Shown here: positions 1 to 8,399 of the stretch, in pieces
How positions within the stretch are numbered: the first letter of the stretch is position 1
Layout of the letters: each line of letters begins with the position of its first letter
Virus record (IMG/VR): IMGVR_UViG_3300045988_173968
Direction: 5' to 3' (one strand)
DNA length: 64,000 nucleotides
Source of the DNA: a virus
Notes under the pieces: generated by a model
Told to the model about the DNA's origin: nothing
What the model saw: only the letters and a program-made list of their open reading frames with translations
Database searches by the model: none
Program-made: the position numbers and the translations under genes

Positions 1-113
1 TAAGTTGGGTTTATTACGCCTGCCTCTTTCAAAGCCTTTTGAAGCTCTTTAGCGTCATCTCTTTTTAATGGCCCACGAAGTGGTTTAACCCGCATCAAGT
101 CAACATTTAGCAT
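1..113 (-). CDS. hypothetical protein, N-terminal part only (gene runs off the window start)
   Basis: ATG at 113-111, 2 nt after the TAA of the upstream gene. Translates MLNVDLMRVKPLRGPLKRDDAKELQKAL... with no stop to position 1. N-terminus resembles the 392-469 micro-ORF. Confidence 0.4.
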   Translation of the reverse strand, partial: MLNVDLMRVKPLRGPLKRDDAKELQKALKEAGVINPT

Positions 114-115
114 GT

Positions 116-391
116 TTACACCCCCAATAGATTAAATAGTTCCTTTGAGAAATCCGGTATAGCGGGCTCAAAAAGATCGAGATACGAAATAAAATCACTC
201 CGGTTTAATTCTGAACCACATCTAATATCAAGTCGATTGCCATTTATTTTGTATACAGATTTGTAGCTATCCATATGCCATCCGTCGAAATTGATTCCCG
301 CATCTTTCATTGCTTCAAGTATTGCTTCTCTGTATATGCCTTGTGGACAGGTAATCCAGTTATTCCGCATCAAGTCAAGGTTTGCTTCCAT
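116..391 (-). CDS. small early protein, LDL(M/L)R family, degenerate shared C-terminal tail (..DFSKELFNLLGV)
   Basis: ORF track 91 aa. TAAATG junction with the upstream micro-ORF. N-terminus MEANLDLMR resembles the 1575 and 1905 paralogs. Confidence 0.6.
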   Translation of the reverse strand: MEANLDLMRNNWITCPQGIYREAILEAMKDAGINFDGWHMDSYKSVYKINGNRLDIRCGSELNRSDFISYLDLFEPAIPDFSKELFNLLGV

Positions 392-469
392 TTAAATCAA
401 CTCCCATTGTTGTTCTTCCGTTAATGGCCCACGAAAATAATGGCTCCTAAGCAAATAAATGTCCAACAC
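392..469 (-). CDS. micro-ORF, 25 aa (MLDIYLLRSHYFRGPLTEEQQWELI)
   Basis: GTG start 8 nt after a GGAGG. Stop abuts the next ATG. Shares the L-x-x-x-L..RGPL pattern with the 1-113 ORF. Below the ORF-track size cutoff. Confidence 0.25.
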   Translation of the reverse strand: MLDIYLLRSHYFRGPLTEEQQWELI

Positions 470-488
470 AATTAACTCCTCCTATTTA

Positions 489-766
489 TTGCAACCTGAG
501 ATATCTGTTCCAAGTTTGGATCGCCTCTTCGTCGTCTTAAGTTGGGCTTCTGGCCCAATTAAGTCGGATTTGACTTAAGTTTGACTAGCCGAGGTGTGAA
601 CTCCTGTACTGTTTATCGGACTTTGACCTAGTATATGACCTCGGGCAGCAAGCTGCCGGCTTCTCGCCTTCGCTAATCAGACTCCCTGGCGTCCTTCTTG
701 CCCTCACAATGCGTTACAGCCGGTTATACCGAGCTGCTTTAGCAGTCGCTAAAAATATCGTTGCAA
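489..766 (-). ncRNA. structured non-coding cassette A (candidate RT-associated ncRNA)
   Basis: 278 nt with no ORF. On the minus strand it starts TTGCAACGATATTTTT and ends GATATCTCAGGTTGCAA, and these ends are inverted repeats. Internal stems include CCGAGGT/ACCTCGG, TTAAGTC/GACTTAA, TTGGGC/GCCCAA and GGCAG/CTGCC. About 75 nt is homologous to cassette B2, including an identical GGTATAACCG. Confidence 0.4.
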
Positions 767-775
767 TTTTTTTAA

Positions 776-976
776 TTATTTATTTTCTGAGAAAAGCTCG
801 TCCACCGTGGAATCAAGAGCAGAAGCAATTTTCTGATAGTTCTCCAATCTGGAGCGAGTAAAGTTCTTTTCGATTTTGGAAACGGTAGCGGTACAGAGCC
901 CAACCTTGTCGGCAAGGTCTTTCATGCCGTAGCCTTTCTCCATGCGCTTCTTCATCATTTCATAATTGTGTTTCAT
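776..976 (-). CDS. XRE/Cro-CI family helix-turn-helix regulator
   Basis: GGAGG RBS 7 nt before ATG 976. Sequence MKDLADKVGLCTATVSKIEKN...ENYQKIASALDSTVDELF fits the HTH_XRE pattern. The ORF-track start at 1003 is less likely. Confidence 0.75.
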   Translation of the reverse strand: MKHNYEMMKKRMEKGYGMKDLADKVGLCTATVSKIEKNFTRSRLENYQKIASALDSTVDELFSENK

Positions 977-996
977 AGTTAATACCTCCTTAAATG

Positions 997-1025
997 TTGA
1001 CAAGTTAGCAAAAATATACTACTAT
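997..1025 (+). promoter_or_regulatory. near-consensus sigma-70-type promoter facing rightward
   Basis: TTGACA (997-1002), a 17-nt spacer, then TACTAT (1020-1025). No plus-strand gene lies downstream; a terminator hairpin follows about 35 nt later. Confidence 0.35.
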
Positions 1026-1060
1026 GGTCGTAGCACATTCTTTCTGTTTCATGGTGTGCC

Positions 1061-1090
1061 GCCGCCCTTCATGGGCGGCTCCTTTCTTTT
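1061..1090 (+). terminator. intrinsic terminator-like hairpin
   Basis: GCCGCCC-TTCAT-GGGCGGC followed by TCCTTTCTTTT on the plus strand. It overlaps the stop codon of the minus-strand gene 1089-1562. Confidence 0.4.
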
Positions 1091-1562
1091 ATTCGTCCTC
1101 TTCGGTGTAATCTACCCAATAGATAGGGAGATTGATCCAATCTTCCTCACCGTCTGCCTTAGCATAAAAGAAGCCGCCCTCGCCAGATTCTCTAACTGTG
1201 GCAACTTCTTCCTCGGTAGCTTCGCGCCAATTTCCTTCGCCAAACTCGGCATTAAGTTCATTCTCGAGACACTCTTCAGAACAATATGTAACGCAATCGT
1301 CTTCGTTGTAGTATCCCTCGTTAATTTTTTCTCCACAGCAAGCGCAGGTCGTCTTAAAAACTGGGATTGCCAGGAATGCGTCAATTTTCTTTATGGCTTT
1401 GTTCAAATCAACTCCAGTGCTCTTGATTTGAATTGTCTTACCATCTTCCGCAAGGTATGCTTCCATACCCTCGCCTATCTCATCGGCGGAATAAATAGTT
1501 TCTTTATCTTCCATACCATTGAGTTTAAGATCAATGATCAGTCTGAGTTTTCTTGAAAACAT
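1089..1562 (-). CDS. hypothetical protein with CxxC...CxxxC zinc-ribbon-like motif and acidic C-terminus
   Basis: ORF track 157 aa. GGAGG RBS upstream of the ATG. Motif CACCGEKI...YCSEEC. Confidence 0.6.
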   Translation of the reverse strand: MFSRKLRLIIDLKLNGMEDKETIYSADEIGEGMEAYLAEDGKTIQIKSTGVDLNKAIKKIDAFLAIPVFKTTCACCGEKINEGYYNEDDCVTYCSEECLENELNAEFGEGNWREATEEEVATVRESGEGGFFYAKADGEEDWINLPIYWVDYTEEDE

Positions 1563-1574
1563 TTCACATCCTCC

Positions 1575-1892
1575 TTAATTATCTAAAAGTGTTTGAAGCT
1601 CGTTTGAAAAATCATAGCCACCTGACGGATTTGACATTTCGATCAATTCCTCGATAGTGATAACTGGGTATGGCGAAAAAGTAATAAAAGTGCAAAACAT
1701 CTCAAGAAAGCCTCCGACTGCTTCTTTTATAAAATAACAATCGCCATCCCAACACATATAACATTGCAAAGATTTTTCGCCATCGTAAGCATCTACGGCA
1801 TGCTGCATTGTTGCCGCCCATTTGCCTATATCCCCGTGGAAGAACACCGCATATTCCTTGAGCAGATCCAGGTTAATATAGGGGTAATCCAT
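1575..1892 (-). CDS. small early protein, LDLL(K/R) family, degenerate shared tail (..YDFSNELQTLLDN)
   Basis: ORF track 105 aa. GGAGGG RBS. Paralog of 1905-2210 and 116-391, with N-terminus YINLDLLKEYA. Confidence 0.65.
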   Translation of the reverse strand: MDYPYINLDLLKEYAVFFHGDIGKWAATMQHAVDAYDGEKSLQCYMCWDGDCYFIKEAVGGFLEMFCTFITFSPYPVITIEELIEMSNPSGGYDFSNELQTLLDN

Positions 1893-1904
1893 ACCATTCC
1901 CTCC

Positions 1905-2210
1905 TTATATTCCAAGCAACGCTGCAAGCTGTTCGGAGAAATCTTCCTGCGGAGAAGACATCTCAACGAATTCGTCCCATGTTATTACTGGTCTGTCTTC
2001 TTCAAAATTACACAAGTTTCTGCATAACATCGTATTATGCACGATATAATACACCGCTTTATCACAATTCCATTTCATGCCGCAACTCAAGAGACCCGTA
2101 TAACAACGAACAGAGTATTTCATCGTATCGACCATGGTTCTACTCCAATGGTCAATCTTCAGAGCATATGTCCTCAACAAATCCAAATCAACATAAAGAT
2201 ATTCCGGCAT
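1905..2210 (-). CDS. small early protein, LDLLR family, degenerate shared tail (..EDFSEQLAALLGI)
   Basis: ORF track 101 aa. AGGGGG RBS. N-terminus YVDLDLLRTYA. Confidence 0.65.
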   Translation of the reverse strand: MPEYLYVDLDLLRTYALKIDHWSRTMVDTMKYSVRCYTGLLSCGMKWNCDKAVYYIVHNTMLCRNLCNFEEDRPVITWDEFVEMSSPQEDFSEQLAALLGI

Positions 2211-2212
2211 AC

Positions 2213-2455
2213 TTATACCCCCTGAATTCCAAGAATCACATATCCGTCTTTAACAAAATCCGGGTCGGACAACGCATAGCAGATACGCATTGTCACAGAC
2301 TTTCCGGTATATTCACCGTTATACTCTTTCAGAATCAGAATATCTCCCACACGGAAGTCTCTGTCGTACTTACGAACCTCAAAAGTCTTAACTCCGTTCA
2401 CTACATCTCTGTAGTACGGTGGCCAGATTTTTAATTCATGTATCTTCGGATTCAT
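2213..2455 (-). CDS. ASCH/DUF3850-like (PUA-fold) protein
   Basis: ATGA start/stop overlap with the upstream gene. IHELKIWPPYYRDVVNGVKTFEVRKYDRDFRVGDILILKEY matches my recollection of the ASCH-like pattern. The ORF-track N-terminal extension is discounted. Confidence 0.55.
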   Translation of the reverse strand: MNPKIHELKIWPPYYRDVVNGVKTFEVRKYDRDFRVGDILILKEYNGEYTGKSVTMRICYALSDPDFVKDGYVILGIQGV

Positions 2456-2721
2456 ACGGCTGCACCTCCTAACAGTGTCATAAGCTCTTCTTCGAAAGTG
2501 AAAGGCTCCTCTACTTGAACTTTTTCGAGGAATGCAGGAACAGCCCATTCGATTCTTTCCCTACCAGAGTTTTCATGAATACAGATGCGATACTCGCGGT
2601 CGCTGAAACCAATAACCTCAATAAACTCAACACAACTACTGCGCCGATATTTATCAAGTCTCCAGGGCAATCTTTGATGGTTTACGATTTGCACAACATC
2701 TCCAACTTGAAACTTTCTCAT
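2452..2721 (-). CDS. small protein with SH3/KOW-like N-terminus (KFQVGDVVQIV) and shared tail ..FTFEEELMTLLGG followed by AAV
   Basis: ORF track 89 aa. GGAGGGG RBS. Lies immediately downstream of the RT gene. Confidence 0.7.
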   Translation of the reverse strand: MRKFQVGDVVQIVNHQRLPWRLDKYRRSSCVEFIEVIGFSDREYRICIHENSGRERIEWAVPAFLEKVQVEEPFTFEEELMTLLGGAAV

Positions 2722-2733
2722 ATACTCCCCTCC

Positions 2734-3882
2734 TTACGCAGCAACATCGTCTGCCATCATCTTGATGACATCGCAATGATACTTTTTGTTGTACCAAGAG
2801 ATCACATAATCAAAATACTCAGGTTCCACATTGCTATAATAAGAAAGCTTGCCACGCAGAGTCATTACTTCTTCCGGCGGCCAGCCCTTACCATCTTTTC
2901 TTGCAACTATGTAGTTATTCAGCATTGCCTTGAACACCTTTTTATTCTCGTGTCCAACAGTGATTTTGTTGTCTTTGTTGATCATCAAACCAAGACACCA
3001 GTTTCGACCTGCTCTGCTGCCGTAATGTGTTTTTTCTTTCTTAATGGTGTATGGCGCATCGAACTTCTTAAATACATCGTTCATCATCTCGATGACGCCC
3101 ATGAACAAGAAACCTTTCTTGGAAGAAACCGTAGCATCATCGGCGTAACGAGTGTAGACAAAATCGTTAGTCTCGCTGGCTCTCAATCGTCGAGAGATTT
3201 CATGGTCGATGGGAATCATAATGACATTAGTAAGAAGCGGAGAAATCGGAGTTCCCTGCGGCAGTCCACCATCGAGGAAACAGAGAGAGATAGCATCTCG
3301 TAGCGCTTTCTCGCCATCCTCATATTTAACAACCTCGCAGAAAGGATAAATCACGGATAACATCCGCATTGTGAATTCCAGCGTAGTCGAACCAAAGAAA
3401 TTGCTCAAGTCCGTCTTGAGGTACCAATTACTGTTGTTTCTTTGATGTACTTTCAGCGCATCAGTAGTGCTTCTGCCCTTGATGTACGCAAAAGCAGCCG
3501 TATGATATAGAACCTTAAAATCATTCTCGAAGATTGCCTTGAGACTATACAGAGCTTGTTTCAGTTCGTCATCCGGCGCATCGATCTGACGCCAACCGCC
3601 GGATTTCTTTGGAATTTTGAAAGAATTATAATGTTCTCGCATGTTGTTCGCATCAAATTTCGGCTGGTAAGTACGATTAAAACTCTTCAGCTTCCCGATA
3701 AGATACGGTGCTCGCGCCATTTCTTTTAGCTCCTGGGGGAGCTTTTTGTATTCGTAGGTTCTTGTGGATGTCCCGAAGTCCACTCCGTTAATATACGGGC
3801 TGAGATTTTTCACACCAAAGAGAACATCCTCAAGGGTAAGTTGCTTCTTTGCTCTTGTCATAAATGTGGTTACATATGGCAT
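2734..3882 (-). CDS. reverse transcriptase, retron-like/DRT-like, RT domain only
   Basis: 382 aa. AAGGAG RBS. Motifs: RQIDAPDDELKQALYSL, AYIKGRSTTDALKVH, LKTDLSNFF, GLPQGTPISPLLTN, YTRYADDATVSS. No maturase or endonuclease domain was recognised. Confidence 0.9.
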   Translation of the reverse strand: MPYVTTFMTRAKKQLTLEDVLFGVKNLSPYINGVDFGTSTRTYEYKKLPQELKEMARAPYLIGKLKSFNRTYQPKFDANNMREHYNSFKIPKKSGGWRQIDAPDDELKQALYSLKAIFENDFKVLYHTAAFAYIKGRSTTDALKVHQRNNSNWYLKTDLSNFFGSTTLEFTMRMLSVIYPFCEVVKYEDGEKALRDAISLCFLDGGLPQGTPISPLLTNVIMIPIDHEISRRLRASETNDFVYTRYADDATVSSKKGFLFMGVIEMMNDVFKKFDAPYTIKKEKTHYGSRAGRNWCLGLMINKDNKITVGHENKKVFKAMLNNYIVARKDGKGWPPEEVMTLRGKLSYYSNVEPEYFDYVISWYNKKYHCDVIKMMADDVAA

Positions 3883-3908
3883 ATAAAAACTCCTTTCTTT
3901 TGTGTCGA

Positions 3909-4175
3909 TAAAACAGTCTAAAACACTTTCCTGATGACGCTGGAGGCGCCTGAAGACTCGCTGTTCTGCTAGTTACGGCTTCTAGTGACGGCGTTCTAGA
4001 TGAAATAAGGCCATCTTGAGTGCAGCTTTCTAATGGTTTGAACCATTATTTGCCAGAAAAGATGATTCGAGCTCGCCAGTCGCTCCTGGATCAGCTCCGG
4101 CGTGCCTCTTGTCTGTGACTATGCGTACCATTCGGTTATACCAAAATGCGCTCAATGAGCTATAACACTGTTTTA
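3909..4175 (-). ncRNA. structured non-coding cassette B2, immediately upstream of the RT gene (candidate cognate ncRNA)
   Basis: No ORF. A 9-nt terminal inverted repeat reads TAAAACAGT (5') and ACTGTTTTA (3') on the minus strand. Homologous to cassette A over about 75 nt. Occupies the position of msr-msd in retrons. Confidence 0.45.
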
Positions 4176-4178
4176 CTT

Positions 4179-4479
4179 TTGCAACCTGAGATGTGTGCGA
4201 TGATCAGCTACTGAGCTCTGGAGACCGGCTCCTCGAGTTTACTGCTGTATTATGTTTGTCTTTACCGTGCGTTGGTTTCTGGATAAGCGGTGGATGTTAG
4301 CAGTTTTGCTTTCGCAGTTAACCTATATCTGTCTTGGTTAACGATGATGTTCCACTTCACCTCGCCTACGCCAGGTACCTGCAGGCTTCCTTCGTGGTAT
4401 CCCGTTCCTTTTCGCTGGCAATTCAGTACATTCGCTTAAAACGAAATGCTTTGTTTTGAAAACAAAAATATCGTTGCAA
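4179..4479 (-). ncRNA. structured non-coding cassette B1
   Basis: 301 nt with no ORF. Its boundary sequences are identical to those of cassette A (TTGCAACGATATTTTT ... ATCTCAGGTTGCAA), but the interior is unrelated. Confidence 0.35.
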
Positions 4480-4488
4480 AAAAATCAT

Positions 4489-5172
4489 TTAATAGGTATC
4501 AATGGCAAAATTAAAAGCGTCCACCAGAATAATCTTCTTAAGGACACCTTTATTTACAAAGTTTACGAAGTTGGAAACCCCAAAAGAAACGATAGTCCAA
4601 ATCGTTCCCGCAACTGAAAGAGATACATTGCAGGCAGATACAGGAGTTGCCGCTCTTGCTTCCTCCTCGGTAAACTCCATAGAGCGAAGCAGATTGTCCT
4701 GCATCTTAGGATCAGACCAGTTGGCTGCGTAGTGTTGAGCATCAGTAAGCCGTGTCCGGAAATCAAAGACAGCTTTGATGTTCATGTTTGTTGCGTTTTC
4801 CTTGACGATTCTCCGCCGAAGCTCAATGCTATCTACGCAGAGGAAAACATAGCCGCTCAGACGCTGCTTGTCATATCCCTTATCGAAGATTTTCAGCTCT
4901 GAATCGATATCTGGATTGATTTTATGAAGCATTTCGGCAACCGCCGCAGTCTTGGGCTTGCCAATATCCTCAGTCGTAAACATCTGATTGGCAAGGTTAT
5001 GTGCCTCAACGACATCGAAGTCGTAAAGAGAAATGTTCGTCAGCCCCAATCGGGCCAAACAAACCGCCAAAGTAGAACCGACGCTGCCACAGCCGATAAT
5101 ATGGATGCGGGTCTTCGCACACTTGTCTGGATTAAAGAACTCGAAGCTCTTTGACAAATCCATCATCTGCAT
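4489..5172 (-). CDS. ThiF/MoeB/E1-like adenylyltransferase-fold protein
   Basis: 227 aa. GGAGG RBS. Rossmann motif IHIIGCGSVGS, DFDVVEAHNLANQ, GKPK, LCVDS. No catalytic-Cys domain is visible. Confidence 0.8.
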   Translation of the reverse strand: MQMMDLSKSFEFFNPDKCAKTRIHIIGCGSVGSTLAVCLARLGLTNISLYDFDVVEAHNLANQMFTTEDIGKPKTAAVAEMLHKINPDIDSELKIFDKGYDKQRLSGYVFLCVDSIELRRRIVKENATNMNIKAVFDFRTRLTDAQHYAANWSDPKMQDNLLRSMEFTEEEARAATPVSACNVSLSVAGTIWTIVSFGVSNFVNFVNKGVLKKIILVDAFNFAIDTY

Positions 5173-6058
5173 ATTCCTCCTCTAAGTCAATATCTTCGGT
5201 AATTCCACCGCCTATAACCTCAGCTTTTACCGAGTTTTTGGTTTTGGAATAATCCTCACTTTCGTTTTTTTTATCCTGTTTCTTACCGTAGTTGCCATAC
5301 GGATAATCATAGTCGTCCCAAAAATCTTCCCATCGACTACCGCATCCTCCGTAACCACCATATCCGTAGTCATATGTGCCACTCTTTTTAGAGCTATTGT
5401 AAGCACCTGTACCATGATAGGTATATGTCTTTGCCTTTACGAGTTTTTTGGACTCCTCCAGGAACTCACCGTTATCGAACTCAATAGAGACATCTATATC
5501 TCCATTCTCATAAAGCACATTGTTAGCGAGGTCGTAAATCTTAGCATTGTGCTCGTTCTTTTTATTCCAAATCACAAACACCCAAAATGTATCAGGTGAG
5601 CTATTCCCTACCCTGGTTGCCTGGTCAGTGAGATCAGTACCACTCGGGCTTGTCCCCATATTTACATGGCTGTGACCTTGGAAACGGATACGGTTGTAGT
5701 CCTCATCGGGGATTTTCTCGAGAAAAGCTCTGTGCTCATCCTCATCCGTGTCCACATTCACACCAGTAACGACTTGCGGGTACACAAAAACATCTGAGAT
5801 TTTGAAGCCGGCATCACCCACTCTGTCTACATATCCATACCATGCTACCTCAGAGTCAAAATTGTTGACCAAAGTAATCATCTTGGAATAGGCTTCGGGG
5901 GTGAAAATAATCTTCGCTTTACCCGTCTTCTCGCTTTTGAACTCCTTGGTGTATGTAAACTTGCCACCCTCGAAGCTCTTAGCGGATGAGATCTTCTCCG
6001 TGAATTCTCGAATCATTTCCGCAATTGTCTCTTTGGGAATGTTAATCATTTTAGCCAT
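5132..6058 (-). CDS. JAB/MPN (JAMM) metallopeptidase with Tyr/Gly-rich low-complexity C-terminal region
   Basis: 308 aa. EVAWYG ... HSHVNMGTSPSGTD gives E...HxHx7Sx2D. Overlaps the E1-like gene by 41 nt and the upstream gene by 8 nt. Confidence 0.8.
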   Translation of the reverse strand: MAKMINIPKETIAEMIREFTEKISSAKSFEGGKFTYTKEFKSEKTGKAKIIFTPEAYSKMITLVNNFDSEVAWYGYVDRVGDAGFKISDVFVYPQVVTGVNVDTDEDEHRAFLEKIPDEDYNRIRFQGHSHVNMGTSPSGTDLTDQATRVGNSSPDTFWVFVIWNKKNEHNAKIYDLANNVLYENGDIDVSIEFDNGEFLEESKKLVKAKTYTYHGTGAYNSSKKSGTYDYGYGGYGGCGSRWEDFWDDYDYPYGNYGKKQDKKNESEDYSKTKNSVKAEVIGGGITEDIDLEEEYADDGFVKELRVL

Positions 6059-7403
6059 TCTTCAACACCTCCATAGCTTCTTTCACGGTATGCACCGAAC
6101 CATCCTCGAACTCAATGAAACGCTCATTAGAAGAGCAGATCTTTTCAATGAAATTGGCGCCAACCGTCGAGTCATCAAAGTTGATATTGTGAGTAGAACC
6201 AATAGCCTGTTCAACTGCCCCAAGGTAATTTCTCTCACCCATCATACGATCAATGATTCGAGCATTACCACCCATGCAATGGAAACCGCAGAGATGAGGG
6301 TGAGGCAGATAAGTCTTGAGCTCTGCCAGATTTGTCTCTCTTTTATCTGGTCTCAAGGTACCAGCAACATCCAAGACAAAATGTGCCCAGGTGCGAATCT
6401 TGAATTTCGGATTCTCCCCAAAGACGCTATCCAAGAACAGCTTCATATCATTTTTGGACTTGATGTTCTTCCGCTCGCCATAGTTGCCATAAAAATAGCT
6501 GTATTCGTTATTGAGGCAACGCTCGAAGCTATCCTCATCAAAAGAGTCCAAATAACCCTTGACATAAAAGGAGATAAGCTCTTCGTCCGCATCTTCCAGG
6601 ATGAGATCCTTGCACCGGAGAAAGAACTTGAGAAATTCCCCTTCGTTGCCATCATTACGGCGAATTTTTTCTTCAAGAGCCGCAATTTGCAGGGTGTTAA
6701 AATGGTCTTTGTCGTAAAGGTCATCGAGCTGCCGAAGAAGATTCTCTATGTTGCTCTTAATTCTCGTGTATTCACTTTTCATTCGCTCCAACGAACTCTT
6801 CTCGAATTTCACATCAATGTCACTGAGAGCAGAGCGGATGAACATCTCACGCAGGTCAAGACGGTCATACAGTTTCTGAGATGAATCAGCAAACATATTT
6901 TCATCATTGCGAGAAATCGATTTCACGAGATCAAGCTCGTCGTTGTCGAGAGGCTTGCCCGCAAAGGTCGCAGGGAAGAGCTTCTGCACAATGCAAGCCA
7001 ACATACGACCAAATGACGAATCGAGCTTTTCGCTGTAGATGATGGAACGATTATTGTTTTCATCAATAAATGCCCAACCGACATCTTTTTGTTTGGAAAC
7101 GAAAAGACTTACCGGCTCATTCTGCTTGTAGCCAGCCGCAATAATGTCGGATTTATTCTCGCCAAGCCAAGACAAAGCGTTTTCACCGGAAATCAAATAG
7201 ACCGTGTTCCGCTCAGTTGGAATTGCATAATTGCTTTTTGCAATTTGGAGGTTGTATGTATTTTCCTTATCTCTGGGGTAGACCAGTGCTCTCAAGACAT
7301 GAGAATAACACTCCTCTCCGCCGATTGGTGTTACTGGGATATTGGTGCAAATCGTAGAAAACTTGTTGTCCGTAAATGTTGTGTTGCGAATACTTCGAAT
7401 CAT
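6051..7403 (-). CDS. hypothetical 450-aa protein, first gene of the JAB/E1 operon
   Basis: Long clean ORF, translationally coupled to the JAB gene. Has a central coiled-coil-like region and a C-terminal PHPHLCGFHCMGG motif. Function unknown. Confidence 0.7.
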   Translation of the reverse strand: MIRSIRNTTFTDNKFSTICTNIPVTPIGGEECYSHVLRALVYPRDKENTYNLQIAKSNYAIPTERNTVYLISGENALSWLGENKSDIIAAGYKQNEPVSLFVSKQKDVGWAFIDENNNRSIIYSEKLDSSFGRMLACIVQKLFPATFAGKPLDNDELDLVKSISRNDENMFADSSQKLYDRLDLREMFIRSALSDIDVKFEKSSLERMKSEYTRIKSNIENLLRQLDDLYDKDHFNTLQIAALEEKIRRNDGNEGEFLKFFLRCKDLILEDADEELISFYVKGYLDSFDEDSFERCLNNEYSYFYGNYGERKNIKSKNDMKLFLDSVFGENPKFKIRTWAHFVLDVAGTLRPDKRETNLAELKTYLPHPHLCGFHCMGGNARIIDRMMGERNYLGAVEQAIGSTHNINFDDSTVGANFIEKICSSNERFIEFEDGSVHTVKEAMEVLKNG

Positions 7404-7436
7404 TTTACATTTCTCCTTTATATTTTATTTTATGAA

Positions 7437-7512
7437 TGGAGCTGGCGGACGGACTTGAACCCCCGACCTGATGCTTACAAAACATCTGCTCTACCAACTG
7501 AGCTACGCCAGC
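7437..7512 (-). tRNA. tRNA-Thr (anticodon UGU), CCA encoded
   Basis: Hand-folded cloverleaf: GCTGGCG/CGCCAGC acceptor, GCTC/GAGC D stem, anticodon loop TTTGTAA, T arm GGGGG-TTCAAGT-CCGTC. Confidence 0.85.
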
Positions 7513-7531
7513 AATGGTAACTAATTTGTGA

Positions 7532-8053
7532 TTAGGTTCCTTTGCGTGAAAGACGGCACGCAACAAATAAACCAATTGACATCACTATGGTATCCATCAC
7601 CGCTGCGACCATATTTTTCGGAATCTTTACTGCAAGGGGGATAGAAAAGAGCAAGCATTCGACAGCTGTTTTAACAACGCCGACGCCAAGTAAAACTGCC
7701 ACACCGGTTATTGCAATGTTTGACCCACACAAACTATCATTTTTCTGGTAGGCTTTCCCACAAATGATCCCAATCAGAACATTGCCAAGCATCCAACCAA
7801 GTGGAAACCAACCCGAAGAAAGCAAGCTTACGACAGTACACCCCGCACCGCCTACAATCGCGCCGCCAAGCATCCCGAACCTCATACAGCAAACCGCAAG
7901 CACTATATACCCAAGGTCAAGCGAAATATGGCCAATGCCAATCGGTATTTTGAGCACCATACTTACGACAACATACAGTGCAATACAAAGTGCAATTTGG
8001 CATATCCACATAGTGTTTTTTCTTATAGAATTTTCTTTAGTTGGTTTATTCAT
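7532..8053 (-). CDS. polytopic membrane protein, ECF-transporter S-component-like
   Basis: 173 aa with 5-6 hydrophobic helices rich in small residues (GGAIVGGAG, GWMLGNVLIGIICG). The family call is from pattern memory only. Confidence 0.45.
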   Translation of the reverse strand: MNKPTKENSIRKNTMWICQIALCIALYVVVSMVLKIPIGIGHISLDLGYIVLAVCCMRFGMLGGAIVGGAGCTVVSLLSSGWFPLGWMLGNVLIGIICGKAYQKNDSLCGSNIAITGVAVLLGVGVVKTAVECLLFSIPLAVKIPKNMVAAVMDTIVMSIGLFVACRLSRKGT

Positions 8054-8399
8054 CAGTCGATTCTCCTTTCAACTTTTTACTGTCTACATATACCTCTATT
8101 GCCCTGTGATGCGCAAACTGCTCAAGAAGTTCGTCAAAAGATACACCATTCACTTTTGCGTCCACTTTCATTGCAGAAAATTGATCTTTATATTTCTTAA
8201 CCATGCTCTCTAAAGCGAGAAAATGTTCTTTGTCTTTCGGATAAAAAGCGATATCCTCAATGCAAACTTTGCTGATATCTTTTTCGTGGTAAATCGCTCT
8301 CAAACAATTTTTACATGGTTCATCCTCCGGCGATAATGAGAAGTTAATGCAATCACCGCAATAGACGGTAACTCCATTCACCTTAATTGGCTTTACCAT
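8046..8399 (-). CDS. hypothetical protein with CxxC...CxxC zinc ribbon
   Basis: 117 aa. AGGGGG RBS. Motif YCGDC...CKNC. Contains an internal VSFDELLEQF that resembles the shared tail. Confidence 0.6.
   Translation of the reverse strand: MVKPIKVNGVTVYCGDCINFSLSPEDEPCKNCLRAIYHEKDISKVCIEDIAFYPKDKEHFLALESMVKKYKDQFSAMKVDAKVNGVSFDELLEQFAHHRAIEVYVDSKKLKGESTDE

Noticed and set aside
966-1556. 196-aa plus-strand ORF. Similar long antisense ORFs occur at 2515-3303, 5901-6884, 14077-14808, 15021-15704, 16570-17337, 22674-23531, 24641-25333 and 32714-33607.
   Set aside because: Each lies fully antisense to a better-supported gene that has an RBS, recognisable motifs and operon coupling. Their sequences are low-complexity or hydrophobic junk typical of shadow ORFs.
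489-4479. The RT locus as a diversity-generating retroelement, with cassettes A and B2 as a TR/VR pair.
   Set aside because: The RT has retron-like YADD and QGxxxSP motifs rather than the DGR-type pattern. Both similar segments are non-coding. Their differences are not restricted to adenine positions. No target gene ends in a variable repeat.
489-4479. The conserved cassette boundaries as CRISPR repeats.
   Set aside because: There are only two or three copies, about 300 nt apart, with 14-16-nt boundaries. No cas genes are present. The spacing and structure are incompatible with a CRISPR array.
2734-4488. The RT locus as a group II intron.
   Set aside because: The RT has no maturase (X) domain or endonuclease domain. 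I could not find a domain V-like hairpin or intron boundary motifs in the flanks.
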